From positions 2,790,001 through 2,854,000 of the forward strand of contig JBLDXI010000054.1 in the NCBI GenBank assembly GCA_047495785.1: 64,000 nt of DNA, in the 5' to 3' direction. This DNA comes from Lepidodermella squamata (Eukaryota > Animalia > Gastrotricha). Below the pieces are notes generated by a model. It was not told the DNA's origin and made no database searches. It saw only the letters and a list, made by a program, of their open reading frames with translations. A program made the translations under genes and the position numbers. Shown piece by piece: positions 1-13,756 of the stretch. Positions within the stretch are counted from its first letter, which is position 1, and every line of letters begins with the position of its first letter.

Positions 1-1033
1 TCATTTTCTATATACGCTCGCCATCACCATTTTTGCCGTGCCACTTGTCAGTAGGCTGCTATTTCTCTTCTGTAACTCTGCTGCTATTAACGCGATACCT
101 GCTATTTTATTAAATAGCTGTTAAATTAGCTAGTTGCCATCTCATTTAAACGTGTGCTGCCCGATTGAACCCTCAGCTTTGTCAGTTCATCGCGCGCGAC
201 ACAAATGATGGGTCATCGTGTTTGTTAAAGACGGCCATTCAGCGATTATGACAGGCCGTGTTATCACCTGACAGCGGCAGAAAATGGTGGCGCCGGTAAT
301 ACCCGTTACATATAGAGTAGTTGGTCACTTATTGCACGCTGCTTCTGTAGGTAATATTCGCTCGCTCTCTGTCCACCTTAATAAAGCAGGCGGTGGCCTC
401 GCTCATCCGGGATAGCCGCCGAGGGATATAAATATTAGGCTGTTTTTATTGTGTTTGACTTGTCGCCGTCAACTATCAATCAGCGCGCGAGAAACGTGCC
501 GAGCCGCGCCCGAAAACGGCCTTAGCCATACTATACACCTAATGACTGAGAAGGATAGTTTGCGCAAACAATTTACCTGTTTAGTGTATACGCAGCGATG
601 ACCGTTTTCTCCTGCGCTCGCGACGTGTTTGCTCGCGTTTTGATTGTCAAAGAACTACCGCATAACGACGGCGACTGCTGCTGGCCGATGTTTGTACCCG
701 AAACTGGGCGAAAGGGCGTTTATCTTGTACACACACCCCCAATGCAGTAACAGTGTGCGCTTATCTCTCATTTTCCCAAACACTGGCAACGATTGCCGAG
801 AGTTGCCGAGCGCGGCAATATTATAAGTATTTATTGTATTATTATTATAAAGCGGGTACCCACCCAATCGATTCTCGCCTTAATGATTATGCGAAACTAG
901 ATATTATTCTTGTCATCGGCCCTGAGAGCAGACGTACGCGCGCGCGACGCACTCGAGTTGCCTGCTGACCGCTGACCCAGCTGACAGTTGCGCAATATTA
1001 AAAGCGACGATTTTAAGGAGGCTCGCTGCACAG

Positions 1034-1053
1034 TAATAATAATAATAATAATA
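1034..1053. repeat. (TAA)n microsatellite
   Basis: taataataataataataata seen directly in the non-coding region upstream of dystroglycan. Confidence 0.8.
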
Positions 1054-3804
1054 ATTTTTGGCCTTGCGCGCGCTTTTGACCGACTTTATCCCGCCGCACA
1101 CAGCAGCTCAATTTCACCACCAGTGCAGCAGCCCCAACACATGTCGATGTAATCGTAGCAATAATCCGACCCGTTTAAATTGCCCCGCCCTTGCCACGCG
1201 TCGCGTAATTACAAATTCAGCTCGATTCCCATCGTCTATCGTAATTCACTCGACTTTTATCGACACGATTGATGACTGTTGAAGCAACGCAATTTTCTCA
1301 CCACCAAAACCACCATCTACACTTCTGTTTATTGCTTATTATATATGCGAAAATTCATGGAAATTAACTCGCACTAGCCGCAATAACGATTTTTTCCATC
1401 CTCCTTAACGATTATCGGCGTGATTTTTCGCCAATATTTTGTTGTTGTTGTTGTTGAATCTGCTGCTGGTCGGGCGATTACTACTCGAGGCCGGCTAATA
1501 ATTTCTACGTCTTGTAGTGTAGCCCGAATTATTACTAATAGCCCGATCAAGACAGGAGAGGCCGCTCGCTCAGGAAAACGTCAATTATTATCGGCGTCTT
1601 ACCTTTACAATAACGTTATTGTTCGGCGGTGAAGGTTACATCAGATGATCAGGCGCGCGGGTTTGGCCTGCCATAGATAGGTATCATTATTACGCATTAT
1701 TTAGATTCAGGCAAATGTATCTATATCGAGGCATCGCCGGGCTAATGGAGTTGCCAGCGCTGATTCGCTGTTGGTCATGTGCGAAAGATATAAAAAGGCG
1801 CCCGGATGCCCCCGGCTGACGTGCCGGTGGGCGCGCGCATCGTCATCGACTAATGTAAACAGTTTACACAAAAGTGTCTGATTACTTTTCGAAGCAAAAT
1901 ATTCGACTACTGCAACTACTGCTGCTGTTGTTATCATCATTTTCGGCAGCATCAGCGATTTTCCAACCGACTTGCGCCCGGCTACCGAAGCTAAAACCTT
2001 AACAATTTATTGAAACACGCGTTAGTTTCAATTACGCGTTTGTTTTTTCTTCGGATCCTACGCGCAACGTTTAGTTTTGTAATATTGTTATTATTATCTC
2101 TGTTATGTTCGCCGAGTTGCGGCATGTTTTTGCGCGCGGATAGCCCACACGAAAAATCTCGGATTTTTGCCTCTACTACTTACCTATCGTATCTCTTCAT
2201 TCATTATCATCGTGTCAACAACTGCCACACACGCGCCGAGTCATTATCATTCACGGCGGTGTATATAGAAGATGAGGGCTGTTAGCCTCCAATCTGCGCG
2301 CAAAAAGCAGGATACGTTTTCGACTGTGCGAACACGCCTTATCTGCTGTACCACGGTACGACGTCGCTTTTTCTCCGCGCCGGCCGGCAACAAAGGCCGC
2401 CGACGCGAAACGTGGGGGCTGCTTCGTTGTTGTTATTGTTGACGCCGAGCGAGTCGTTGTTTATATTTTCTTGTTCACCGCGTATAATCGTGCTTAATTG
2501 GCCGGATATATCCCGCGTTATTTTTCGTCGCAGATAAAAACGCACCGCCTTTTGGTGGGCCCGGCGACGGCGCCTGTAATAATTAAGTAGCCCTATACCG
2601 CATAGTACCTACCTACCTACAAGCGTTTCTTGGCCGTACATCTGCCCACCGTGCAAACTTTGCATATCACGAGACAACAATAAATGACACGCGTCACCAC
2701 AACCTAAATTCCGCGCGCATATTTTAAGAATACCCGTTCCCATTGTTTATCTCATGTCACACACGATAAAAACTGAGCGGCGTTTCCAAACTAAACACCG
2801 TTCCAGCTTAAAAATGTACCCATGTTGTTGACGTGTTCAGGTTCGAAGCACATGATCGATTTTTTTTTCATCATCGTCGCCTTTGTGTAGCTGGCGATCC
2901 TACTTAATACTCAATTTTCAATTTTTTCCATAGTCAAATTTTGCCGGCAGCGATAAGATAAGCCTATTGTCTCTCGTTGTCGTTTTTTCTCTCATTCGAT
3001 TGAATTATCGCTTTTCGTGTAAGTGTAAGTGGCCGCAGATTCGATTATTATTTACCCTTCTTCTTTACGCGACACGCTCGTCTCAGTGTCTTTTTGTTTG
3101 CCGCGAGGCAATTTTCGCAGCCAAGAAAATAACCCGTATTCTGGTGTCGTCTTTTTCGCCGCCGATTGATTTTGCGCGCGCTTGCGTAAACGAGCCAGCA
3201 CGCCTGATCGAGTTGGCTACTAGACGCATTAAGGCAGGCAGCAACAAAATAACAACAAGGCCTTGTGCATGCCCGACCGCTGCTACTCTCTGTTTACCGA
3301 GGAACAATGGGCCACTCGGCGCGATGAAGCGAACAGCGAGACAAAACGATGACTAGTGGCCTGCTTTTTCTGAATTCCGCATCGATTTCTCATTATCGAC
3401 CTTTTATTTTTCACTGCTATAAACGTTTCCCCCTGAGTTGCAATCGCAGCGTAATAATCCTAGCCGCAATATATATGCGACTACTTGTTTCCGTTTCGTT
3501 CGTTTTCTTCAGAATAACACAGTTGCCGGAAGTCGGTTTGTCACTATTTTATAGCTATAGCAAAGCAAAAACTACTATTATTACAAAAACTACTACTGTG
3601 TGTGGGTCACGACGACTAAGCGGGTCAATTATAGGCCTGCTGCCGCAATTTATCCGCCATCAATCATCTCGATCTAATTGATTTTTGTTTTCTTACCAAA
3701 ATGATAGATTATTTGTTACTGGATATAGCTGAGTGTTTTTTATACACAACCAACGACTTGTTCGGCGTTTAGTTAGACCTCGACCCCGAACAAGCTGAGC
3801 TTAA

Positions 3805-6800
3805 ATGCTTATTAACAATCAAAACTGCCTTACGATCGCCGTATCGTGCCTCCTGTCTATCGTTCGTTGTTCTGTCGAGAAAAACAGCGATGATTTAACG
3901 CGCAGCCTAGCGGCAAAAGATGAAGTAGTAGTCAGAGTATTGCCGGGTCAATACCTCGGCAACATCGTCCAGGCCCCTGACAGCCAATCGCCGGCCGATT
4001 GGCTATTCCCCGTCACCAGCAAGGCGCATGTGATCATCGAAGAAGGCTTCGCGCCGCCTGTTTTCGACGCCAGCGCTGAAATTAACGACTTTCCAGCGTC
4101 GCAATTTAACAATGCGACAAGTTTTGTGTCTCCCGTTCATGTCGTTGTAAGTTGAAAAATTCAGTTTTTTAAGGAGGATTTTTTATTTATTTTTATTTGA
4201 TTAGCTTCGATCGTTTCCCACTGCATATCACCCGCTCCTGTACATCCTCGGCTCAACTCGGTGTTCAGGATCGCCTGTGCCGTCCGCCTCGCGGAAACTC
4301 CAGTCACGCGTCGTGCTATTGCTCAACCTCAACGAGGAAATGTGTGCGCGGTCAAACGCTCAATTACGCACGAATCTCGTCCGCGCACTGACCCAATTTT
4401 TCAGCCAAAATCTCGCCGATTATTGGTGGCTAGCCGCGCAGCCGAACATCGCCGACACGCGCCTAGCTAAAATGGTCATGACCATGCTGGAAGGCAACGG
4501 CTCGTCGGTGCGAGACAGCACCACAAATTGCACCCTAGTTTTACCGATCGGGTGCGGCGCGCGGGTGCCCGGAAATTACATCGATGCCGTTGTTCGCCTT
4601 CAGGATGATTTCGCGTCATTTCCGCAAGAGATCAAAACATCAGTCTCGCGCTGGTCTGTCAAGATCTTCGACCCGTTGATGCTGCCTGTTGTTTCGCTCG
4701 GCGATGAAGCTAGAAAAGCGGCTGATAACCGGTTGATGTTGCGCAACCCTAGGAATCGCCTTAGACGATCTGCGTTCGGCCTAAATCGCGGAAATAGTTT
4801 CCTCGAGTCTTACCAACTCTCCGACTACATGAATGACGAGTCGTTCGCGTTGGAAACCCGCCTTGCGATGGACGCTTCGTCCGGCGATGGCATACAGCCG
4901 CAACCCCGGCCGCCGGCGCCTGATGTGTTCGACACGCTGTCGGAGGTACAAACGTCGACTGCCATGCCTGCGTTGATTAGTAGATTTGATGATTTTGGCG
5001 GTGTTGATAAAACGCCAGACCTTAGTAGTAGCACGGTAGTTGTACCGATTGTTGACGATAGTGATGATGCTATTAACAACGACAAAGTCGACTATCAGTC
5101 GTACCAAAGCACGCCGTTAACATCCTATAGTAGCATTGCGGCTAACGATGATGTTGTTGAAGATGGCTCTGTCGAAGCTTCGACGCCGCTTGCCCCTGCT
5201 GGTGTGACTAGCACGAGCAGCGGCGATAAAGCTGAGCCTGTAGTAAACACGCCTAGTGCTAACTCACTCGAAGCATCGGCCATAGTCGATGATGCGCAGG
5301 TTTGTTGTCTAACCATTTTTATTAATCACTCAACCGCAAAAAAACTAGTCGTGTGAAAATTTCATTTTTAGTGCCATATATCATTCGATCAAGCTTTTCG
5401 AGCTGATTCGATTGATATATGCCTGTTAACACGTTTTTTTGGTGTCCAATTTGATTAAAATTGCACGATTTTGAGTTTTTATCGCACGATGACCTAATTA
5501 ATTTTATTTGACCTACAATTTGTTTTTTTTTATAGAATTTCCCGCCGCCCGCGCCGACGCATCCTGAATTTACGGAGAACAGCGTTTTTATTGCTCAACA
5601 TAAAATTCTGATCTACCCGATTCGGCGGCATTTCGAGAATTTGGCTGAATTCAGCGATATTACGTTTCTTCTCAGTAAATGCAACTCACCAGCCGAGGGC
5701 GAAACAATGGCCCAAGCGTGCCGCGTCCAGGCAACTTCAACCGACGACTGGCTGTACTACAACTACAAAACCATGTCACTTGAAGGCATCGTACCCAACA
5801 ACGGCGAATCAGTTTACGTGTTCAATCTGACCGGAATTTCGAAAACTCGGGCGCGGTCGTTTTTACTCCGCGTCTCCGTCGCGCCAGCCCAGAAAAATCC
5901 GCACATCGCCGACCGAACACACGAATTTTGCCTGTGGTTACGCTACAACCGCAATGCGAACGCTGAAGTTGCTGCGTCGATTTGTGAGTTGCAAAAAATC
6001 ATCCTTAATAATTTTTAATTTTTTTTTTAATTTTTCAGTGCGAATGCGTGAACAGTTGCAAATTGCGCGCGTTTTGACCAGCGTTCAATCGCCAACTTCG
6101 CGCATGAATCTCGACGATATCGTCGTTCTAGCTGTCGGTTTCTTGCCAGACGCTCAGGTATGCGAACGGAGAAATTAAATTAATTTTTTTCAGAATTTAT
6201 TGAATTTTTCGTGAAATTAATTACTATACCTAATATTAGACTTGGTGGTTAACTCAGTGCATGAGAGTTTACAGTCCTAAAAAATGTAGACAGGTAAAAT
6301 TAAAATGGTTGAAAAATGAGTTTTATTAGCTTAATTACACCAATTAAAAAATTGGGACACGCTCTAATATATTTGTTTTTTTTGTTAATTTATTTGAGTG
6401 TTTTTTAATTTTGAGAAGGTGTCAACTGGAATTAAAAATGTGTATTATGTTTTTTTCAGGCGGCGAAACGGCACCTGACGTCGATGTGCTTTTCACAGGT
6501 GAACTTGACGCCTGTTGACGGCGGCAAGCGGTGTCCGCGGGCCCAGTTTGGCAGACAGCTTGGCCATCTCGTAAAACTACCAGCTACGTGGTCGGACCGC
6601 GGCGCTCACAGTAAGTTATCAACAACAGCATCTCACGCGCGAGATTATAGTTATGTTTCCATTGCACGCTATTATACGGGAAATATCATATATAAGTTGA
6701 TTATCTATCTATCTGAAAAGGGGAAAGAGAGATAGGGCGGCCGGTAACACTTGTTTACGCATCGAAATAGGCGGGCATTTTATGCCTTACAAACGCGAGA

Positions 6801-8417
6801 GAATGCAAATTAGCGCCGATTTTTGTATTAGACACTAAGCTCGACCCCCGCTTACATGCCGTCGTCTAAATAATACGATAGTATATACAATATAGTATAA
6901 CATCTGGCTGGTGGGTATCGTAAGTACCCTCGAAAAATTCCCCCCTTAGAGGCGAAACAGCTGCGCATTTTCACCACTACCACCACCTCAAAATTGCACC
7001 GCTTATCAACTCAATTTTTGTACTTTTTTCTAGATTACAAATTTGCGCCGAGTCTAGCCCTAGCGACAGCGTTGAGAAACGGCAGCAATTACGACGTGAC
7101 AGACGTTGGTTTTACGTTGTTGAACGCCTGCAGAGCCGTTCGAATGGACATCAACGCCGTGTTGAATGCAACAACTGGCGATGCGGCGCAGGTTGCCGCT
7201 GAAAATCCGACCGCCACGCAGGCCGATGTTGTTGCGGCTGATATTTGGATGACGCTAGTCATACCCGGCGCCGTTCTGCTGTGCATGCTCCTGCTCGCCC
7301 TCATCGTCGCCTGTGTTCTGTACCGATGCATCCGCCGCAAGAGCCATTCGCATAGCAAGAACAAGAGCAAAGCTGCCCGTGTTGCCGTGGCTCTTGGCAA
7401 TGGAAATTCGGTATTTCTTACTAAGGTTCGCTTGCTGCTTCTACATTTATTTCAGGCTTTTATTCACGCCAGCTTGCAGCTTCAAAATAAAACTAAGATT
7501 TTAAAGACTGAAAATTAATTTTTCAGAATTTTTCAAATTTTTTTTTTATAAAATATTAGAATTAAATTTAAGCATTTTTAAATTCATTTTATACAAAATT
7601 AGCGTCGAAAACGGAAATTTCCGGTTAAAATATGTTCAATGGTTTTTTTTATTATTTTATTATTTTTATTTTTTTATATTTTTTTTCTGTTTTGCGTTAA
7701 CCTGATAAAATTTGAAAAATTCCGGTTTTTAACATATTTTATTTTTTATTTTTTTAACATGTATTTTCTAAAGTGCTAGCTTCAATTTTGAAACATCACC
7801 AACATGCCTGTTAATTTAGGAAGCTTGGGGATTAATAATTTAGATGAAAATATAAGATGAATGCTGAATGCTGATTAACTCGTTCAAAATTAATTTATCT
7901 CGTTTGAAATTTTACATTTGAAATTTTCATTATTCAGGGTGCACCGGCCATTTTTCAAGAAGAACTGGACTCAGAAGTACCTGGTCCTCCTACTCGGTTG
8001 CTAATCGCCGCTGACAACCGGGATCAATACTCTGGCACAGGTAAGATTAATAACGGCTCTATTGTTAAACTGAATTTCTAACGATTTTTCTGAAATGTTT
8101 GATTGACAGGCTCTGATCGAGATGGCGAAGACACGGCGAGTAGCAGTGCGCCGGGCGGCTCACCTGGGCGCATTCACACGAGCGAGCCGAACGTGCGCCG
8201 CGCCATGGTGCCGGCCACCCCGCCGCCGCCCGAGTACCGTCTGCATCAGAACCGCCAAAATCTAACGTTGCCCACTAACAGCGGCGCCATGAGGCACGAC
8301 GACGCCTCATCGCCGGAATCGCGCGAGCTTTCAGAAGAAATGTCCGAATTGTCGCGGCCTCTCCTCGTCAAACAAACCATGGTCTCTTCCATTCAAACTG
8401 TTGGCACTTTAGCGTAG
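3805..8417 (+). CDS. DAG1: Dystroglycan (multi-exon)
   Basis: Hand-built exons 3805-4146, 4205-5299, 5536-5983, 6039-6157, 6460-6610, 7034-7425, 7938-8040, 8110-8417, all with GT-AG introns. Signal peptide; furin-like RNRLRRS; S/T/P-rich mucin-like tract; cadherin-like WLYYNYKTMSLEGIVP; TM helix followed by RRK; cytoplasmic KGAPAIFQEELD and PPPPEY, which match the dystroglycan KGVPIIFADELD and PPPEY motifs. Confidence 0.85.
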
Positions 8418-9312
8418 TTATAATCCACCATAGCTGTGTATAAAAATTCCTCCTTAATGATGTAAACCTCATTTTTTCCGCTCCGATAATAATATAAAAA
8501 TAATAACGAAAAATATCTTGTCTTCTAAGAGTGCCTAAATAGTCTGTTGGGGTCCGCGCCTTCACTGCACCAAATTTATTTTCGAAAAATTGACAGTCTT
8601 TTGTTCTCGGTCGGTTTTCGTTTCATCAAGCTAAATAAGCTGAAAAATAATAATATTATTATTAAATAATTTCGAGCGAAAAACCAAATTGACGATGACA
8701 ATAATAATTGCGCGAAAAGGTGTGATCTTTTCTATAATGTAAATAGTCGTTTTTTTTATGCCGGGACCTGTCTCTCGATTTTCGGCGCTGTTCGTTTTTT
8801 CTCTCTTGACCTCGGCTAAAAAAATCACACGATGTAAATTTTTACTACTACCCGTTTCGCGTTTTTACTACCGAAGGTTATCTCTCTTCTCTCTCTTCTT
8901 CTCTCGCTGTTTCTCTTCTCGACGATGACTTCATAACAAAAAAAGTGCTGACGTTTTATTGTTTCGACTTTTACAACAGTTGTTATATCGATTAATATAA
9001 TAATTATTGTTAATATTTGTAAATATTTGAGCGTTGGCTGATGATGATGATAAAAAAAATGGCTGAAAATTTTAATACGCACAGTTTTAAATAATGATGA
9101 CGACGAGCGATACAGAATAACTTCTACCTATGTACTTCCGTTTTTTGCGACGCTGGTTCAAATATCAAGTTGACAGACAGAAAAAAATGACAATAAAATG
9201 AGTCAAGTTTTTGCACGTATTTTCGGTGTTTTTCTCTTAATGGGTCTGAAGCATGCAAAGGCTGCCGAGCTAATTTCCGGGACCTGAGCAAAAATAGTTC
9301 CATCAGATAAAA

Positions 9313-9743
9313 ATGCAGAATTTAATTATCAGTTTCATTACAGGAGCCATTCTCTTGAGTCTGTTGAACTTGGGAGATGGGTTTCTCTTCGGTTTCGGGC
9401 ATCATCACCATCACCCAATTTACCGGGCCCATCGCGTCTATCACATTCAGGGAACTTGTCCTAGAAATGGAAATTTCACAGCTACCGAAAGAATGGCCCT
9501 GAGAAGTTTGTTTGACTTGGCAGCGCAAGATCTCAGAAGCCAGCCGGCTACTACGTCATGCGATGTGGCTTTGAAATATTACACGATTGGGCAGAATCGG
9601 ATATGTTATCGGTTCATCAAAATGGCGAGAAAGAACTTGCAAAGGTATTTTTCAAGCAACTAGCCGATCCTAATTTACCTATTTCGTTCACCAGATCCGA
9701 AATCATCTGCCCAGCATCATGCAAACCGTTCGGATATTGCTGA
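9313..9743 (+). CDS. Small secreted cysteine-rich protein, paralog 1 (unknown family)
   Basis: Exons 9313-9644 and 9695-9743 (50-nt GT-AG intron). Signal peptide, His5 run, then C..C..CYR..ICPASCKPFGYC-stop. Confidence 0.75.
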
Positions 9744-9744
9744 A

Positions 9745-9797
9745 ATCCATTCATCCATCAACTCCATGGATCAATCCATTCAATCCATTCAACCAAC
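9745..9797. repeat. Degenerate (ATCC/ATTC)n simple repeat in the 3' UTR
   Basis: aatccattcatccatcaactccatggatcaatccattcaatccattcaaccaa immediately after the stop codon. Confidence 0.5.
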
Positions 9798-10407
9798 TCT
9801 TAAATGATTATTTTTAAACAAGATTTACTCAAGAATTTCGTTGATAATAAAAGTTGATATAACCTGAAGTTGAGCACTTTTTATTTCAAGTGAATGAAAG
9901 AAGTATTTTAACGGAGAAGATTAAAGGGGATAGAGGGAAACTAAAGTTATATTCGATTATTTTAATCTCCTGAAAATTCTCCAAAAATAGTTGAAAAATC
10001 GCCATTATTCCAGAAATTAATAAAAAATTTGCGCAAAAGTTGGAATGGCCTGGTTACGCAAGTGGGACTAAACCTTTTTCTAGGATAAATTTGTTCCATT
10101 ACCTTCAGTCTTGGCGTCCCGCACTGGCTCTTTCTCACACTCAGCATTCAGTCATTTTTTCATCTTCTAAAATGTGAATCATTAGTAGAGATAATAATAG
10201 GTTGGCACCAGTGCATCGCAGTTTTTAAGCTACGGAATCGAATGCTTTCCAGTCATGCAATGGTCTATGATGAAGTCTCATGATGATGATGAAATATCCT
10301 CATTGAGTCATACCAGTAACCACTTAATGTAAAACACTTATTATTTAAGCCTCTAGTAATTCTTGCATTTTTTTTCAGTTTAAATTTTTCCTTGGTTCGA
10401 GTTAACG

Positions 10408-11180
10408 ATGAAATCTGTTGTTGTCTTGTTTATTTTGGCTACATCAGCCAATGCTTTATTCCCAGCAGTTCAACCAGCAAAACCTCCAGTTGTTGCTACC
10501 CAAGCTCCTCAAGCCGCCGCTAAGCCAGTCGCCGTAGCAGCAGCGGTTCCAGCAGGGAAGCCAACCCCAGCAGTTGTACCTCCGTCCCCAACTGCTCAGT
10601 TGGCTAAACCAGCCGCAGCTCCTGCTCAGCCTCAAAACAAGGTAATAACCCAGCATAGAAGCCAACAAGTTTCAAGCGTGGGTCTAAATCCCCAGGGTTT
10701 CTTCCTGAGGCCGAGGAACAGGTATCTGCGGGCTGCGAACCAGCCGGCTAATGCAACGAATGCCCAGAAACCCGTCGCCTACCGCCAGGTTGTTTCGAAC
10801 CCGACTGCAAACAGCACTTGCCTGGTAAATGCGATTCGTCCTATGACGCAAGCCGAAAGGAGCGCATTGATTTTGTAAGTGGAAAAATGTCCGTTAAAAT
10901 CGATAAAAAAATCATTTTTTTTCGATTTTCAGGAAGTATCGCAGCGTTCTGCAAAACATTCGAACGTCTGCGGCTCTGCCGTCTTCGACTGGCTGTGACC
11001 GGGCGTACAATTTTTTCAAAATTATGGAGGCTAAGCACTGCTATCGCTACGTCATCCGCAGCCGTTACCGCATGAATCCGTAAATTTGATCTATTTTCGA
11101 TAGTGGTTGGCTAATTTTTCGCTTTTTTTAGTGAAAGCATCAAGTGTCCTGATAGCTGTAGGGCAATTACTTTCTGCTGA
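10408..11180 (+). CDS. Secreted Pro/Ala/Gln-rich protein with a C-terminal 6-Cys domain, paralog 2
   Basis: Exons 10408-10874, 10933-11079, 11132-11180. Signal peptide, P/A-rich stalk, then C..GCDRAYNFF..CYR..IKCPDSCRAITFC-stop. Same Cys pattern and same last-intron position and phase as 9313-9743. Confidence 0.8.
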
Positions 11181-11478
11181 GAGCCTTCATTTTTCGAAAA
11201 TTTTTATCACTATCATGACCCAATTAATCAGAAAAATGAGCTTTATCTTGCAATAAAGAAAATAATTTTCGTTGACTTTCGAAACAAATCTCATCTGCTG
11301 ATCCAGCCGATTTAAAGATACCATCAAATAAAACATAGTTGATCGAGAAGAGTTCTGTCATATTTTATTTTTCTCTTGGAGAAACTCTAACTTGAGCGAA
11401 AACTTTATAAAGCAAATTTGAAGGCTGAATGCTGAATGCTGAACATTCGCGGTTGATCTCGTCGATTTTGTGGCCCAA

Positions 11479-13243
11479 TTATTTGTGAAAATTTAAGAAT
11501 TTCAGCCTCTTCGTCAACGAAGTCGTGAAACCAGGCCGCGAAATTTGCAGAATTGGAGCAACAATCATTTCAACCATCAGTAATTTCAGCGATATCCTAC
11601 AGAACGAACCCGACAGAACTACAGGGCCGTAGCTATCATGCAAAGCAAAAAGCAGATACGTTAAAATAACCGGCAGGTGAAATATCGCATAAGCGAGAAA
11701 GGAACACAGCGACTGCTTAGCTATGAAAGTCTCCCGGGTCAGCCAATTCAAATCTCCAGGATTTGTTGGTTTTCCGAACAGAGAATCACCAGCGCTTAGT
11801 GGTATGGAGTATCTTGAACTCGATTTAGACATGCTCTCGTGCACTGATCGAGCAGCTCGAACTGCTTTGAACAAATGCCTGAAATATAACAGTAATATTT
11901 AACAAATTTTAACGATGAGATCTATAACTATCTTATAACTATTCTTATAACTAAGAAAACATAATATTTTTATACTCGTGTACCTGCGGACTTTGAAATG
12001 GACTGATTGGACCTGATTTTTTGTTACTTTTGTATGCGGTATGACATCTTTTGTTGTTGAGCTCTCAACTTTGGGACACATGCTCGTAATAAATAATAAA
12101 TATAACAGCTTTCAGCGCACCAAAATCGAGGTTTCAGCAATCAATACTTCTAGCACTACTTTTTACCGTTTTTTGCTCGAGTTCGAATTTTTATTTCTTG
12201 ATCGATAATAATGCACCTTTTTATGACCTTATTATGAGTTTTTTATTTTTGGCTACCTGGTACAGTTAGCGAGGCAGAAAACTTTCTACTGTTGACCTCG
12301 AAGGCTGCTGATATCGGAAAAATCACTGCTTTGTAAAATCGATACTTTAAATCGATATCGGCGCGGAAATTGACCGCCGATGGTATATCGGTCAAGCTTG
12401 GTGTAAAAAATCTTAGATCCTGGGAATCCTTGAAATTCGAAAATCTATACTGTGGGAAAATCTACAGTGCTGGAGCCTCAAGTTTAACGCTGAAACTCTT
12501 AATTTAGGTTTTTCACTTGGCATAGCAATTTTACGAAAAAATTCGACCTACCAGTAATTATAGGCTAGCGTTGTCCCAGGAACGAAAGCAACAAATAAAA
12601 CTATCGATATTCTCAACTGCGACGAATCAATCGGGCCAATTTTGCTGTCGAACGGCGCGCAAATTGGGACAGGACTCGAAGCATTCGTAATTGGTACCAT
12701 TTGAACACTCTGTCCGTACGGGTAGATGGAAACTGGCGTGAGAACCAGGGTGACTAGAGCAAAAACTATCACAGCAGTTACAATAGCTTTTTGAACTCGA
12801 GGCTTTGACGTTGGTGCCTTCGATGTGATAAAAACTCTACGTTCATAGCTGATCAGCATCATGACGCACGGGCTGAAAACTGCCGTAGCGTAGGTCACCC
12901 AAGAAAACAGCTTACATTCGAAATCACCGGCCTCCCATTCTCCAGTCCTCAATGTTACTAACATTATAACAGTGTATTGAATGCAGAATATGGTGTTATT
13001 CGCCGCTAGGATGCTGACTAGGACTAGAAAATCCTTTCGAACAGCCCGTTTGTGGTAGACATAGACATTAGCGATATTCGACGCACAGACGCTGATTGTA
13101 AGAATGACTGATATTAAGGTGGTTGTTAGCCGTTCTTCGAATGACTGAAACGGAGTGTTGTAGAGAGCGATGAACCAATACCTAGGCTGTTCGAAGCCGA
13201 GGTGAGGCAGATTGGCGAAAATCCAGGAATCGTTGAAGGTCAT
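11479..13243 (-). CDS. Orphan rhodopsin-like (class A) GPCR
   Basis: Exons 13243-12552 and 11878-11479. Seven hydrophobic segments, ECL1 WEAGDFECK, TM3 end ISYERR (DRY equivalent), ECL2 Cys. Confidence 0.8.
12291..12362 (+). repeat. Dispersed ~72-bp repeat, copy A (in the GPCR intron)
   Basis: gttgac..gctgctgatatcggaaaaatcactgctttgtaaaatcgatactttaaatcgatatcggc. Aligns by eye with the reverse complement of 23762-23833 and with 62056-62107. Confidence 0.75.
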
Positions 13244-13756
13244 GTCGAATTGCTCGTCTTCAAGCACGTAATTTCGCGAAATACTAATGTTTTCTCACGG
13301 AAGTTGTAAAGCTTCATAAACAATTTAATAGAACGGAATTCAAACTCGAAATAAAAAACTCAGACAAGAACACAACATTAAAAAAAAGAATTTTAGCAAA
13401 CCAACTTTGACGAAATCGATCAAGTCGTCACGCCTCCTACTGCCATAAATAATTCATAAATAACGCGAAATATTAGCGAGATTATCGAGGACGCTCATCC
13501 GCGGGAAGGAAGTCCGTGAAATGCTTGGTAAAACCGATCGATATTGCGAATCGTTGTCCAATTTAAGGGTGCACAGCTTTTTATACTACGACATACATAA
13601 TCCCATCAGCCTGTCTGATAACTTATTACGACAAGGAAGAGCTCTATTCGTCCTTATGTAATCATAGCTCATCAGGGTTATACAAGTTTCACTGACGCAA
13701 GCGCGAAAAATCGAAACAAAAATAATTAGACCATGATTAACTTTTTTATTAATTTT

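Noticed and set aside
644-3700. Many short ORFs upstream of dystroglycan
   Set aside because: They mostly use non-ATG starts, are low-complexity, and show no recognisable domains or coherent exon chains. This is best read as regulatory or intronic DNA.
4781-5316. Antisense ORFs within dystroglycan exon 2 (and similar shadow ORFs in TTLL9, KCNK and ZFPM)
   Set aside because: These are the expected shadows of long coding exons and show no domain signatures.
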